This document shows, piece by piece, positions 45,301 through 57,747 of a stretch of DNA of 64,000 nucleotides. This DNA comes from Monocercomonoides exilis PA203 (lineage: Eukaryota; Protista; Preaxostyla). The stretch covers positions 558,001-622,000 of the forward strand of contig LSRY02000006.1 in assembly GCA_001643675.2 (NCBI GenBank), read 5' to 3'. The notes under the pieces were generated by a model. The model was not told the origin of the DNA, made no database searches, and saw only the letters and a list, made by a program, of their open reading frames with translations. Position numbers and translations under genes: made by a program. Position 1 is the stretch's first letter; every line of letters starts with the position of its first letter.

Positions 45301-48300
45301 GCGCTTCGATCTCAATCTTCACTGGTGCAAAGCGAGACACGCCTCTTCCTTTGCCTCTGCGGCCAGTCGGAACAGAAAGTGTCCCACCAGCTGACGGAAT
45401 GACTGCAGAGCTTGAAGCAGACGATGAGCTCAACCCACCGCCTCTTCTACGCTTTTCTGAGGAGTTTTGTGCTGCATCCATCATCGCACGGAATGATGAG
45501 TCGAGATATTCCAACGCTGACTGCTTCTTCAGATAGCTGAAAAGCGAAGTCGGGACGAGTGAGAACAGCTGTTGGATACCCAAATGCGCCTCTCCTTCAA
45601 TCTCGTCAAACAGATGGCGTGATTTCAGCTGTCTCAATGCAACATTTGCTGCGTCAGAGTACAAGTCAAAGAAGCCCAACACGTTGTCCATCTCAAAAGT
45701 TCTGTTCTGATAGACATGCATTGTGAGGATCCAGGGCAATGAAGACTCGATAGGGAACTGGATGATTCCGCTTCGCTTGCCTCTTTCAATGAAATCTTCA
45801 CGATACCACAGCGAGCCCAGGTCAGTCATGCCTCTCACAGTGTCAGCAATAGACAGTGTGAATGGATACAAGAAGGAACGTGTAACCCACTTTGCCAGCA
45901 CATCCACATCCTCCTTTTCGATATCATGTCCGCCAAAGAAGCCCTGTCCAACCAGTGAAGGTGAACGAGGAGAACCGATTGACGAAATAAGTGAGCGGAG
46001 CACAAACATCTGTGTCTGCTGTGGCTGTACAGCTTTCATTTTGATCATTTCTGGTTTGTATCCCTTGTCGTCTTTCCCGCTGAGCACTGGATCGTTCGGG
46101 ACAGCCTCTTTCTTCAGCCAATCAGCTGCCACTTCTCTGATTCCCAGCAGCCTCTGTGCAAATGCGGACTTCTTCCCTTTTACAGCCTTCATGATTGGCT
46201 TGCGGAGGGTCAGCTGTACAAGCTCCTGCACTTCGAGGAAGACGGCACGGCTGATAAACGGCTGGATCTGGTCAGCATTGCGGAGCAGAGTGTTAGACAA
46301 ATGTCTGATGGAGCCCACCAGAACAACCAGTGCAGAACGCTCAGCTTGTGTCAAGTTGTATCGAATACACTGCTCAAACTCAGAAATCGACTCGAGTTTA
46401 GGTGCAGTGAATGGCACGCCGTTCTTCTTGCTGGCTGACTCTTCCTCGGCAATTGCCCGTTTGATCTGCTCAGGCTTCGCCGGGCACGAAAACTTGAATG
46501 CGAGAAATTCCAACAGAAACTCATTCATCTTCCGCAGAAGCACCAGCGCGTCTTCTGTCTCCTTCAGAATGGCAAAGGAGTCGCGTGCCAGCGTCTCCTC
46601 GCTTTTCATCTTCTTCGTTTTCTGTGTCGTGGTGCGCTGCCCGCCGCTCTTCTCTTGATGGTCCTCCGACGCCGGCAGGTCTGCCACAATGGACTCTGTC
46701 TCACTCGCCCTTCTCCTCACCTCGCTGGTGAAGCGTGCAGTGATTGTGCGTGTATCTTCCTCAAACATGTCAGCTGTGTCGCGTGCTGGCTCTTCGGTGA
46801 TACGAGCAGGCTCGTCTGGCCACTGGCTGCTGTTCTCGGAGTATTTGGAGCACTTGAGAAAGAGATGAGAATGAATGCGAAGAAGAAAAAGAAAAATAGT
46901 GAAGAAAAATTATTATTTTTTCAATTCAATACTAAGAAACACACCATTTTCACAAATTTCATAGTCTGAATGGCAATTTCAAACATAACAGGAAGCCGAG
47001 GAATCTTCGTCATGATTTCTCTCATTCCTTCAAGCTCAAGCCCTCCTTTCTTAAACACATCGAATTCCTTCTTGTCTTTCCCGAAGTCTGTAAACTGGCC
47101 AAGATACAGCCTCTGCTTGTCCTTATCACTCACTTTGAACGAGCCGTCAATGAAGTACATGCCAATGCCCATCACACGAATAAGCATGTACTTCTCCTGA
47201 GCAGTGTGGTACACCTCCTGCCTGTAGAAATTGACTGCTTCATTGCAAATGGAGACCACTGGAAGATAAGAACTGCAATCATTCAATTGTTTAATTGATT
47301 GAATCATTGAAGATATTGATGCATATTTTTACATTCAGATAAGTTTAAAAACGAATTGTTAATGCATCCGTTTCCACCCCATAATTTATATAGAAAATTA
47401 TTTCAAGAAAATATTAACTTTTCAACAAGTTATCCAAAGCAAAATACAAACCCTGGTTTCTGATTCAACTCTTTTTTGAACTCTGTGACAATCGAGTTTG
47501 GAGTTCCGAAGAATCTTTTCATAGAATCCATCACTCCTCCTGGAATGTCATCGTCGTCAAAGCAAGCGCTTGCAGGAGCATGTCCGCTTTGGTTAACTTT
47601 ATTCGCAGAATTTTGAACTCTATAAAAATAAATGATAATCCGATTCAGTATAAAGAATTCTGACGTTCAATGAATAAAAATTAACCTTTGATAATATGAT
47701 ATCTCGTTGTTTGGAGATTCTTTTCTGTTCTTAATTTCATTCATTATCACAAGTTTGTCAAGTGCTCGTATGAGTTCGAACATAAGTGGATCACTGACCA
47801 TGTACTACACATCAAACAAAATATAAAGCAAATAAGCACTTTGCGTGAAAACAACAACAAACTTGCTTTGGATCAAGTGCAATAAGTTCGTCAAAAATCT
47901 TCAACATTGTTGCTTTAAAGTGTTGTACAAATTCGTAAAATTGCTTCAATTTCATCAAATCTCTTTTTAGAACGCGAAGTTGTTCTTTGTTAAGTTTGTC
48001 TTGAACTTCTGGTGGGAATTTTTTGATGTTCTTTTAGAATAAAAATGTTTATTTAATCATTGAAAAAATCAAGGCAAATACAAACATCCATCAAAGCTTT
48101 AAAAGTTGCCATCAAGCTTCTCTGTGTGTATAGGGTATTGGTTTGAATGTCTGCACATGCGCAAAGATCAGCCTTTTAAATTATATCCATTCAAAAGAAA
48201 AAAGTCAACTTCATTGAGAAATCATGATATTCGCAATAATTCAAACCAATGTCGCTGCAACATGGCTTTCATTACGATATTGCAAAGGAAAACGCCCTTC

Positions 48301-48483
48301 ATCAGCAAATTGCCAAACATTTGTTGATGGATGCTGAGGTGTTGTTATCATCGATATTTCCGCCATTGGAGTTGGAGTTGGATGTAATGAGCATGGCGTC
48401 AATTCGAATGGAACAACAAGGCCACCAACAGTCTTGTCTATATCAAGAATAACTTTTTCAGCAGATGGAGGCTGAGATGACAT
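42383..48483 (-). CDS. CYFIP: CYFIP/Sra1/PIR121 (WAVE regulatory complex subunit) with a proline-rich, acidic C-terminal extension; several short introns between ~48246 and ~46850
   Basis: Family motifs TLYTQRS, YHTAQEKYMLIRVMGIGMYFIDG, DLGSLWYREDFIE, IQFPIESSLPWILT, DLYSDAANVAL...HLFDEIEGE and MFGDG. The first two introns (48246-48173, 48085-48031) splice in frame. The remaining intron boundaries were not all resolved. Confidence 0.92.
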
Positions 48484-48542
48484 AAAGAAGACTTATAATA
48501 TGGTTTAACCCATATTAGTATAAGTTAAATTGAACAGTTTAT
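48484..48542. promoter_or_regulatory. Putative minimal bidirectional promoter (59 bp between divergent start codons)
   Basis: CYFIP ATG at 48483 (-) and ORF ATG at 48543 (+). The spacer is AT-rich and contains TATAAT/TATAAG and the palindrome ATATGGTTTAACCCATAT (near-perfect). Confidence 0.5.
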
Positions 48543-49175
48543 ATGTCGAAGCAAAAACCTGCAACTGATATATTTTTAAAATACTATAGTTATACTGACG
48601 ATGATATTCCATTACCAGAAACTTACGAAAAAGATTTAACTTCAAATGCAAAGATGCAAGATTCTAGTTTTTGTGAAACTGATTATTTAGCGAAAGAAAA
48701 AGAAGAATGCGCTTCTTCAGATAAACCTAAGACAAACGCTTATATGAGTCAACCAAAGATGGTTATTCCAACGAAAATTCAACCAGTACCTGAATATAAA
48801 CCAAAATCTTATGTTTTTCAACCATCTGAATTGAAATGGCAAGAACATTCTGATTCGTTTTATTCTATACCTACAAAGAGAAAAAGATCTTTGTCATCTT
48901 CTTCTGCTTCAAAATATCAACCACCTTTTTCACTTGCTGCTTTTTCAAGGCCTTCTCAGCCAATTTTTTCCCAGCCCACATTTACCCGCATCACGGTTCC
49001 AACTTCTACGTTGCTGTACAAACATCATATTATTCATCCTGTACTTGGGTGCTCCTCCAGCGCTGGTCTGCAAGCTGAATTAGATTTGGGTAATTCCCAA
49101 AAGTACAGACCAGCATCTTTTCATGAATCTGCTGTACTACCAAGGATTATTGCACCTCGTCAATCAATGAAATGA
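48543..49175 (+). CDS. Hypothetical protein (210 aa)
   Basis: ATG-initiated 633-nt ORF with protein-like composition, flanked by AT-rich DNA; no recognisable domain. Confidence 0.65.
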   Translation: MSKQKPATDIFLKYYSYTDDDIPLPETYEKDLTSNAKMQDSSFCETDYLAKEKEECASSDKPKTNAYMSQPKMVIPTKIQPVPEYKPKSYVFQPSELKWQEHSDSFYSIPTKRKRSLSSSSASKYQPPFSLAAFSRPSQPIFSQPTFTRITVPTSTLLYKHHIIHPVLGCSSSAGLQAELDLGNSQKYRPASFHESAVLPRIIAPRQSMK

Positions 49176-49823
49176 TAAATCGAGTAATGTACGATACTGT
49201 AACCCAACGATTCTCTTTCTGTTGAACAAAAATGAACAATAATTCCATTGCTTTGCCACTTTAAAGGCAATGAAAATATTGAAGATAACTTTAAAATCAA
49301 ACAATTGCTTCTTTTTAAGAGGACCTTGTGCGCGTTGATCACATTATGCTAACTGATTGCATGTTATTTGGGAGAATGATCGTTATTTTCACAAAGAGCA
49401 CGATACTACAAGATTAGCTTTTTTGCATATTCTTAAGAGAAAAATCAAGATTCATTCTTGCTTTATTAATAACTGTGAAATATAGATTTGTAATTATTTA
49501 CTGGTTTTCTTTCTAAAAAAAATTTTTTTCAATACAAGTTACAATTAATTTTGGTGAGCATTTATCATTTCTCCATTTAAAAGAAAAAGAAAGAGGGTTT
49601 TGTTTTTATTTTTTGAAAAACAAATATTTTATAAGTTATATAGAAAATAAATTCATTAATGATTTGGATTTTGAAGGATAATAAAAAAACCCAATAAAAA
49701 TGATCAAAATAATGGGGGACTTTTCTTTCAAAAAGGTGTGTTTTTTTTATTAACTTTAGGAAAAATATCAAAACTTTTTTAAAATCAAACAAACTTTCTA
49801 ACAATTGCCGAAGGTCGACGAAT

Positions 49824-52800
49824 ATGTTTTCAGAAGAAAATGATGAAATCGAGCAAGTTGATGTGGTTCACGAGAATTTCGAAGAATTAAAACGACAGTT
49901 TGAAGAAAAATCAAAACAATTAGATACCGCTTTATCAATTCAGAAAGAACTAGTCATAGCAAAAGAAAAATCGGAGAATGAGGCAAAAGTATGAAGAGAC
50001 TTCGAGCAATTTTGTTTGAAAAAATCATTTCTTTTTTTTTTCCACAAAGAAATTTAAAGAAGCGGCTGATAAAGCGCTAGAAGAAGTTCGCCAAATTCAT
50101 TTAAAGACTGATGATTCCCAAAAGCTTATATGTCTTTTAAGAGGTCAAATTGAGAAACAATCAAGTGAAATTCAAGAACTCGAACGTTCAGGAATTGAAG
50201 CAAAAGATCGATTTAATGACAATCAAGTTAAACTTCAAAAAATGGAAGCAGATAAAGAAGAAGCATTTGCGAAAGTTAACTCATTAGCTCAGCAGCTAAA
50301 GCAAGCAAACGAAAAACTTGAGGCAACTGAAAATCAAAAACAAGAATTAAAAAGAGAAAATGCGCATCTCATAGATGAAAAAGAAAATGACAAGAAAATT
50401 ATCAAAACATTACAAGATAAATGTGAGAGCTTTGAATTGACAATCGAAGATCTGAAAGAAAAGCATCAACTTTCTGAAGAAGTTCTTCGAGAACAAATAT
50501 CTCAGTTGATTGAAACGCAACGAGAAATTGAAGAAGAACGAACAGCCGAAAAGCGCAAGCATGAGAAAGAGCTGTCTGACATTAATTACGAATCGCGCGT
50601 GATTAATGAGAAGGTGGGTAGGAACGAGATTGAGAAAGCACTCGAAAGAGAGGGAAAATTGAGAATGGACTTGAGCAATGCAACGAGGAATGCTGCCAAA
50701 TTGAACGACACAATCGAGCAACTGCGCAGCGAGCGTGATGCTCTCGCCAAAGCCATCAAAGAAAAAGACGAATTGCTTCAAACACAAGCACAAGCACAGA
50801 TACAAGCCCAATCGCAATCGCAGGCTTCTTCCTCTGAGCTGACTGCAAACACCAAAATGAGAGAAAAAGCTACTGATGCGTCGAGAAGCAGCTCCACAGA
50901 AGCGCGTGTGCTGCTGGAGCGTCTGAGAGTAATGGAGACAGCGCAGAACAAGAAAGAGAAGGAGTGGCAGCAGCTGAAAGGAGAGCTGGAAGCCAAAATT
51001 GCAGAGGAAAAAGAAGAAAGACAGAAAAGCGAGAAGGAGAAGAGAAAAGCAAGTGAGGAGACAGAGCAACTTTCGCGGGAAAACGCGAGCCTTCAAGGGA
51101 AAGTACAGTCACTTGCATCAGAAGTGGAGAAGCTGAAGAAAGAGGAACTGCAGCACAGAGAAGAAGAAGCAGCACATCGACGAGGTGCGTCTGAGATCCA
51201 GCTGGAAGAGACAGGGCGGCTGAATCACGCAGTGGAGAGCTGGCGGCAGCAGGCGGCGGATGCGGAGCTGCGGCTGAAGGAAGCCGAAGCTGCGAAGAAT
51301 GCGCTTGAGACAGCGATGGCGCAGGCACAGAAAGAACAGGAGACATATCGAGCAGTGCTGCAGAAGGAGGCAGCAGCACAGAGAAACCTGGCAGAGCAGC
51401 TGAACGACGAGCTAAACGAGGCGACGCGGAGAGCGGAAGAGGCAGAAAGAGAGAGAGACGCGCTGGTTGCGCAGCAGCAGTCGGCAGATGAGGCAGCCAC
51501 CGACATGAAGAGAGACGCAGAAGCGCTGCGGGGCGAGCTGGGCGAAGTGGAGCGGCTGAAGAAAGAGCTGCATGCGCTGAACACGTCGCTGGAGTCGCAG
51601 CGGGCGAAAGACGCTGCCGCCGCTGCTGAGCTGAAGAACCAGCACCGCGAAATGGAGCAGGAGCTGCTGACGCTGCGGGACCAGCTCACGGCGATGGAGC
51701 AGCAGTCAGCCGAGGCGCTGGCAGAGAAAGAGGCGAAGCTGCTGGCGGTGCAGCAGGAGCTGGCGCTGATGCAGAGCAAATGTGATGCCGAGGAAGAAGA
51801 GAGCCACTCGAATGCGGATGCTGCGCTGGCGGCGCAGGCAGAGCTGCGGAGAGTGCGGATGGAGCTTGCAGCGCTGCGGGAGGAGCATCGGGTGCTGTCT
51901 GCTGATCATTCAACTGCACTGGCTGAGCTGGCAAACACACAGCGGTCAGTGAGCGTGCTGACAGAGGAAGTGGAATTGCACCAGAAGGAGCTGGAGGAGG
52001 TGAAGATGAACGCAGAGAAAGAACAGGCAGCGTTCAATGCAGAGAGCCGGCAGCTGAAGATGAAGGTGAACGACGCAGAGCTGCTGGCAGAGTCGCGGCA
52101 GCGGCGCTTGGAAGAGCTGGAGAAGCTGTTTGACCAGGCGAATGCGCGTACGAAGCGCCTGCTGAGTGAACAGACGATGCTGCGTGTGGTGACTGAGGAT
52201 CGGCTGCTCTCTTCTTCTGCTGCGGGAACAGGCTCTGCTTCTGCCTCTGCTGCTGCTTCTGCTTCTGCCTCTTTTGCAGCACAGCAGCGGCATCCGTCGG
52301 GTGCTGCCTCACCAATCTCCTCTCCTTTCCCATCATCTGCCTCATCCTCTTCTTTGTATGGCCGTCCACCGACTTCTTCATCATCATCATCTTCTTCTTC
52401 TTCTCTGATGAAATCTCCTTCAGTTTCTCTCTCCTCTTCTCCCTCTGCCTCGATGTTCCCTCCCATGCCTTCTCAGTCTGGGCAGAAGGAATCAACACCC
52501 AAGCGGCTCACGCAGCGCTCTGCGTCTTCTTCCATTCTCTTCTCCCACCCACACCAGGGAAACACCAACATTTCATCGCCTTCCACTCCTCTGCAGCCAC
52601 TTCCCCCGGGTGTCCTTCGCACAGCCTCGTCTGCTGTTCTTGCTTCTCCTGGCTCTGTCTCCCACATGTCGCACATGATCCACCCTGGAATGACCCCCCT
52701 TTCTCGTCTTGCCCCACCTTCCTCGCGCCATCTCCTCAGCTCTTCTGCTTTGACACCCCCACCACCTCCTCCTCTCTCTCGCACTGTGCCTTCCGCTGCT

Positions 52801-53340
52801 GACGGCGGGGTTGCTTCGCTTCATCTGCACACCTCTGCTTCTCCTGCGTTCTCAATGACATCTGCCTCTGCCTCGTCAGCAGGAGCGTCACCTGCGCAGA
52901 TTAGACTGGCAGAGCTGATGGGAAGAGGCGCCTCGGGTGTGTCTTCTGCCAATGCTGCGAATGCTTCGGGGAGTGTTCCATCCAATTTGCTGACGGGTGG
53001 ATCAGATGTATCAGCCTCGCTTTCTGTGAGGCTTAGACGCGCGATGGGAACAGTTGCGCAGACAGATGCAATGAAATCGACTTTTCCTGGGAATATTTTC
53101 CAGGCTGAGTCTCAAAATACTCAAGTCACTGACATTCCAATTGAGGAGATGCCGATGGAATCTGAGACTCCTCAGTCTAATTATTCAGAAGCTGAGTCTC
53201 AACACGACGAAGAAGAAGATATTGCTGCCGTGCCATTCTTAGATTTGATCAAACCTGATAATCCTTTGCTAACAGGAGATATTAAGAGTGATCTTGCTAA
53301 ACTGAAAAAAGAAATGGGAAAATTGAAACAAGACATATGA
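49824..53340 (+). CDS. Long coiled-coil protein with a Ser/Pro-rich C-terminal region; intron 49989-50049
   Basis: Exon 1 MFSEENDEIEQ...SENEAK joins via GTATGA...CACAAAG (phase 0) into the frame of the 1032-aa ORF. About 750 aa are E/K/Q/A/L heptad-like sequence. Confidence 0.85.
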
Positions 53341-53451
53341 AAGCATTGTAATTCCGTTTTATTTACTTCTATATTTTGTTGTTATATTGTATTAACCTAT
53401 CAAATAGATTCATGTCATTTCTCAATCAGAAATAATTTTTTTTCAAAGGCA

Positions 53452-56400
53452 ATGGTACGTTGCTTAAATAAAATTGTTATTGATAAATGAATAACTGTTC
53501 GTTATAAATATTTGTATGTGTTTGTAGAGCAAGCAGGCAAATGGACAAAAGACAGTATTTCATCAGGTTTTAAATGAATTTTATTGTTTTCATTATTCTT
53601 CAACACTGGCAATCATTTATCTTTGCGTACATCTCTGGTGCAATAACCTTCTAATTGTGTTCATGTTTTAAGGCACTTGAAGCTATTGTCTCATTAGGAA
53701 AAAAGGAAACAGTGAAACTGACAACATTAACAAATCACAAGCGATGGACTGGCGTTTTGTTTCAGTTACCATTTGATGTTGTAGAATTTTTTATCCCTCA
53801 ACTTTGGTTTGATTATTTATTTATTTTTATCAAAAAATATGAAGTTTTTCTCAAAGCAAAATATCACTGATGTTTGCCTCGCCATATGTGGACTATATAA
53901 TCCTCTTTCTTGCATCAAGATCTTTGAAAACAGCTGTCATAATTATCCTAACATTAAGAAGTTTAGGAAGCTTTGACAAAGTATGCTAACAATTACAAAT
54001 ATTAAGTAATTGAAATATCTTTATGGATTTTTATTTTGAAGATAAAAGTTAATTCTCCAACAACACCTTCACAATCAAATTCAAAATCTGATGCAAAATC
54101 TTCACAAAGTTTTGATGGAGATGTAGATGCCGTGAAGATTCAAGACCTTCAAAATCAAGATGAAACTGCGCAAAAACAAGGGCAGTTTCAAAAAAGTTTA
54201 CTCAACAGAAGAATACATTTAATTGATTGCATTGAAACAGCAGCATTAAACGGGCCATCTTTTAAAATGGAATCTGCACTTAAATCATTGACTATGTTTT
54301 ATTCAGCACCGACAACAGCACGAAACTCAATTGCAACATTATCTGATCTTACGCCTTCTCCCTCAAAAGCAGAAGACACTTCTCCTCTGCTGGTAGAAAA
54401 CTCGTCTTCACCTTCTCTTTTATCTTCTGTTTCGTTTCTACCCAAATCACAGCTTCTTCCTCCACTTCCTTCTGATTCTCTTCTTCACTCGCTTCACCCG
54501 CCCAATTCACTTCGATCACAAAGTCGAACAACACACGTTGTCTCTTCTTTTGCAGCTCTTCCGCGTTCTTCTTCTCTTCCTCTCGCACACATCACTCAGC
54601 TCTCCCCGGATCTGCTGTCGCCATCTGGAGTTGTTTCTTTCTTTGAAGATCTTGCAAAGTCGAACAACTCCACTGCTTATTCAAAATCCTCGTTCACTTC
54701 ATCCACAGCCCTCACAACACAACCAAGCAATTCGCCTTCACTTCCATCTTTTGGAGACATGAGCATGTGCTCTGACTTCTCCACATCTCTTCCGACTCTC
54801 TCTTCTCTGCTAGCCACATCTCAGTCCATTTCACGCGATGAAATAATCACAGCAGGCAACTTGCTGTCGCAGCGCTCGCGTCTCTTCAACGGGACGCTGA
54901 CTGCGCTCGACGAGCTGATGGCATCAAACACAGCTGTGCGGGACACGATGCACGACTGCCGCCCGCACCGGCTGCGGCAAGAAATCGCTCGAGTGAACAA
55001 GAAGCTGGACGAAGACGGAGGACACGCCGCATTCTTTTCGGTGCTGCTGCCGCTCACACACAACAGCAGGGTTAGACACAGAGTGGTGAGGTTTGCACCT
55101 GAGGAATGCAAGCTGATGCACTCGCGCGAGAAGACGCCGTTTCTGCTGTACTACGAATGGGCAAAGGAGGAAGACACGGAGCTGGTGCAGGCTATCAAAG
55201 AAAGGCTGAGAAAAACAGAAAACGAGAGAGAAGCGAAAAGGGCGGAAAAAAGAATGAAGTGGAATCCAAAAAAGCTGTTTTCGCTGTCTGGATTTTCGTT
55301 GTCTTCTTCAAATAAATCGACTGAGCCTCCGTCTCCTTCTCCTTCGCCTTCGCCTTCACCTTCACCTTCTTCTACACCATCACCTTCTCCATCTCCATCG
55401 TCAGCAAGTGCTTCCTCTTCTGACACTTCTGTTTCAAACACAGCTTCTCCTTCTTCATCTTCCACTCCTCAGAGGGCTGTTTCATGTTCTCCGTATTTCT
55501 CCTCCTTCACATTCAAACCGAGAGAGCCTATTGCAAAAATAATGTCAGAAAACCAAGTGAATGAAACTGAAAATAAGGAAGATACAGAAAGCGTCAAAGA
55601 GGCTGAGACAGCAATGAACGATTCTTCAACGTCAGTTGCTCAGGACCCAAATGAAAAAAAAGAAGAAAAAACAGAAGATGGAGATGAGAAAAACAAAGAT
55701 TTGAGTGAAAAGGAAAAAAATGCACCAGAAGAGATTGAAAGAAAAAGTGAAGCAGTTGCTGAGCCAGTGAATATCCCCATCAATTCGATTGACGACAAGC
55801 CAAGCGAACCAATTAAACACGAGGATAAGCCATTCATTCCACCAAACAGACTTCATCCACCTGTCTCAATTGTTCATCATTCTGCCTCTCCTTCTTCGTC
55901 GTCGTCGCAATCAAACGCGATATCTTCTCCTCAGTCTATTTCCCATTCATCTTCATCCTTTCTATCTCCTTCTCCTTCTCCTTCTCCCTCCTCTTCCCCT
56001 TCGCCTTCATTTTCACCTTCACATTCCCCAGATCTTTCGTCTCCTTCTACGTCTCAGTCTCCATCATTCTCTCCCACATCATCCTTCTCCTCTTACCATC
56101 CTCCCTCTTCTCCCTTTTCGCTTCCCTTGCCTTCTCCCCGCGAGCACCGCCGAGTGCGTGTCAACCCCATCAATCTGACCCCTCTCCGCAGCGAGTCCCC
56201 TCCGCCTTCGCCGACAAGCGCCTCATCTCCGCGGGGCATCCTCTTTGCGAACTGGGAGTCGACGGACTCGTTCGAGTTCTACGCGCAGAAGAAGAAGAAG
56301 CTGCGGGAGAAGTCAGCGTTCGGAGAGGTGCCGTCGCTGTCGGTGGGGTCGATGATTGTGAAGAAGTTCGACGACATGCGGCAGGACCAGCTGGTCGTGC

Positions 56401-57155
56401 AGCTGCTGGAGGCGATGCAGCAGGCGTGTGTGAGTGGCGGGGCGCCGGTGTGGATGCGGCCGTTCGGCGTGCTCGTCACGAGCGAAGACTCGGCGCTGGT
56501 GGAGACGGTGAACGATGCTGTCTCGCTGCACATCCTGAAGTCGAAGTACCCCGGGTTTGTGTCGCTGAAGAAGTACCTCCTCGATGTGTATGGCCCACTG
56601 CACTCGCGAGCACACAACGAGGCGCTGTTCAACTTCGCGACGTCGCTGGCAGGCTACTCCATTGCGTGCTATCTGCTGCAGATCAAAGACAGGCACAACG
56701 CGAACATCCTCATCGACAGCGATGCGCATCTGGTGCACGTCGACTTCGCATTCATTTTGGGCCGCACACCCGGCGGCATTGGATGGGAGAGTGCGCCGTT
56801 TAAGTTCACAGAAGAGTTCATCGAAGTGCTCGGTGGGACAGACGGCGAGTACTTTGCGCTGTTTGTGTCGCTTCTGACAGACGCCTTTATTGCCATTCGG
56901 AAGTGGGCACCGCTTTTGGTCGGGCTGCTGCGCGTGATGGCGGTGGAGTCGAGTCTGCCTTGCTTCGACCTCACGAGAAACGGCGGGATTGAGCCAGAAG
57001 TTGTCATCGAAGCATTCAAAGGAAGGTTTATGCTGCATTTGACAGATGTCGAGGCAAAGTACTTTGTCTCATCGCTGCTGAAACAAGCAATGACTGCCTC
57101 GTCGACTGCGCAATATGACACTTTCCAGAGATTTTCTAATGGAATCAGCCCGTAA
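53452..57155 (+). CDS. Phosphatidylinositol 4-kinase type III beta / Pik1-like; four 5' introns (53455-53527, 53567-53672, ~53806-53856, ~53981-54041)
   Basis: Helical-domain motif VEFFIPQL, then LMHSREKTPFLLYYE, IVKKFDDMRQDQL, SLAGYSIACYLLQIKDRHNANILID, HVDFAFILG, ESAPFKFT and terminal YDTFQRFSNGI. The upstream exons splice in frame. Confidence 0.92.
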
Positions 57156-57747
57156 CTTATAAGTTTTCATGAACATGTCATTAATAATATTACTATTAGA
57201 TCATTTTGTGTATATGAAATGTTATCCAATGGTTTGCCTCTGCTCAACACATCTCATGCACTTCAAAGAATTTTTTATTAAGGCAATCACACCTCATTGT
57301 TTTTGAGTACTTATCAATTTTCGTTAATTGAATTTTTAATGGAATCTGTTTCATTTCCTTTCTGCTCCTCAAAAATGGAATCTCTTTTATTTTATTTAAA
57401 TGGAAACAAAAGGAAGTAATGCTGATATTTTTTGTATTTCTTGAATGAATGTTTCTACAAACTTGGTTGAAAGGTTTGAAGCAGTAGAAGAACGATGTTC
57501 AAAAATTTGGAGAAAAAGTCAGGAGCGCCAAATATGTTTCAAATGTTGAGTATGCATTTATTATCAACCACAATAAATATGAAGAAAAAACTATCATCAA
57601 AAAGTTTAAATTTGCAAAAACAAAATGAAAAAAAAAATTATGAAGAAATGATTAAAACTACAAAAATTTTTCAAAAGACGTTGACTGAATGATTTATCGA
57701 ATAACTTTTTTCTGCTTCGTACAAAAGCAATAAAAATTATTGAGTAT

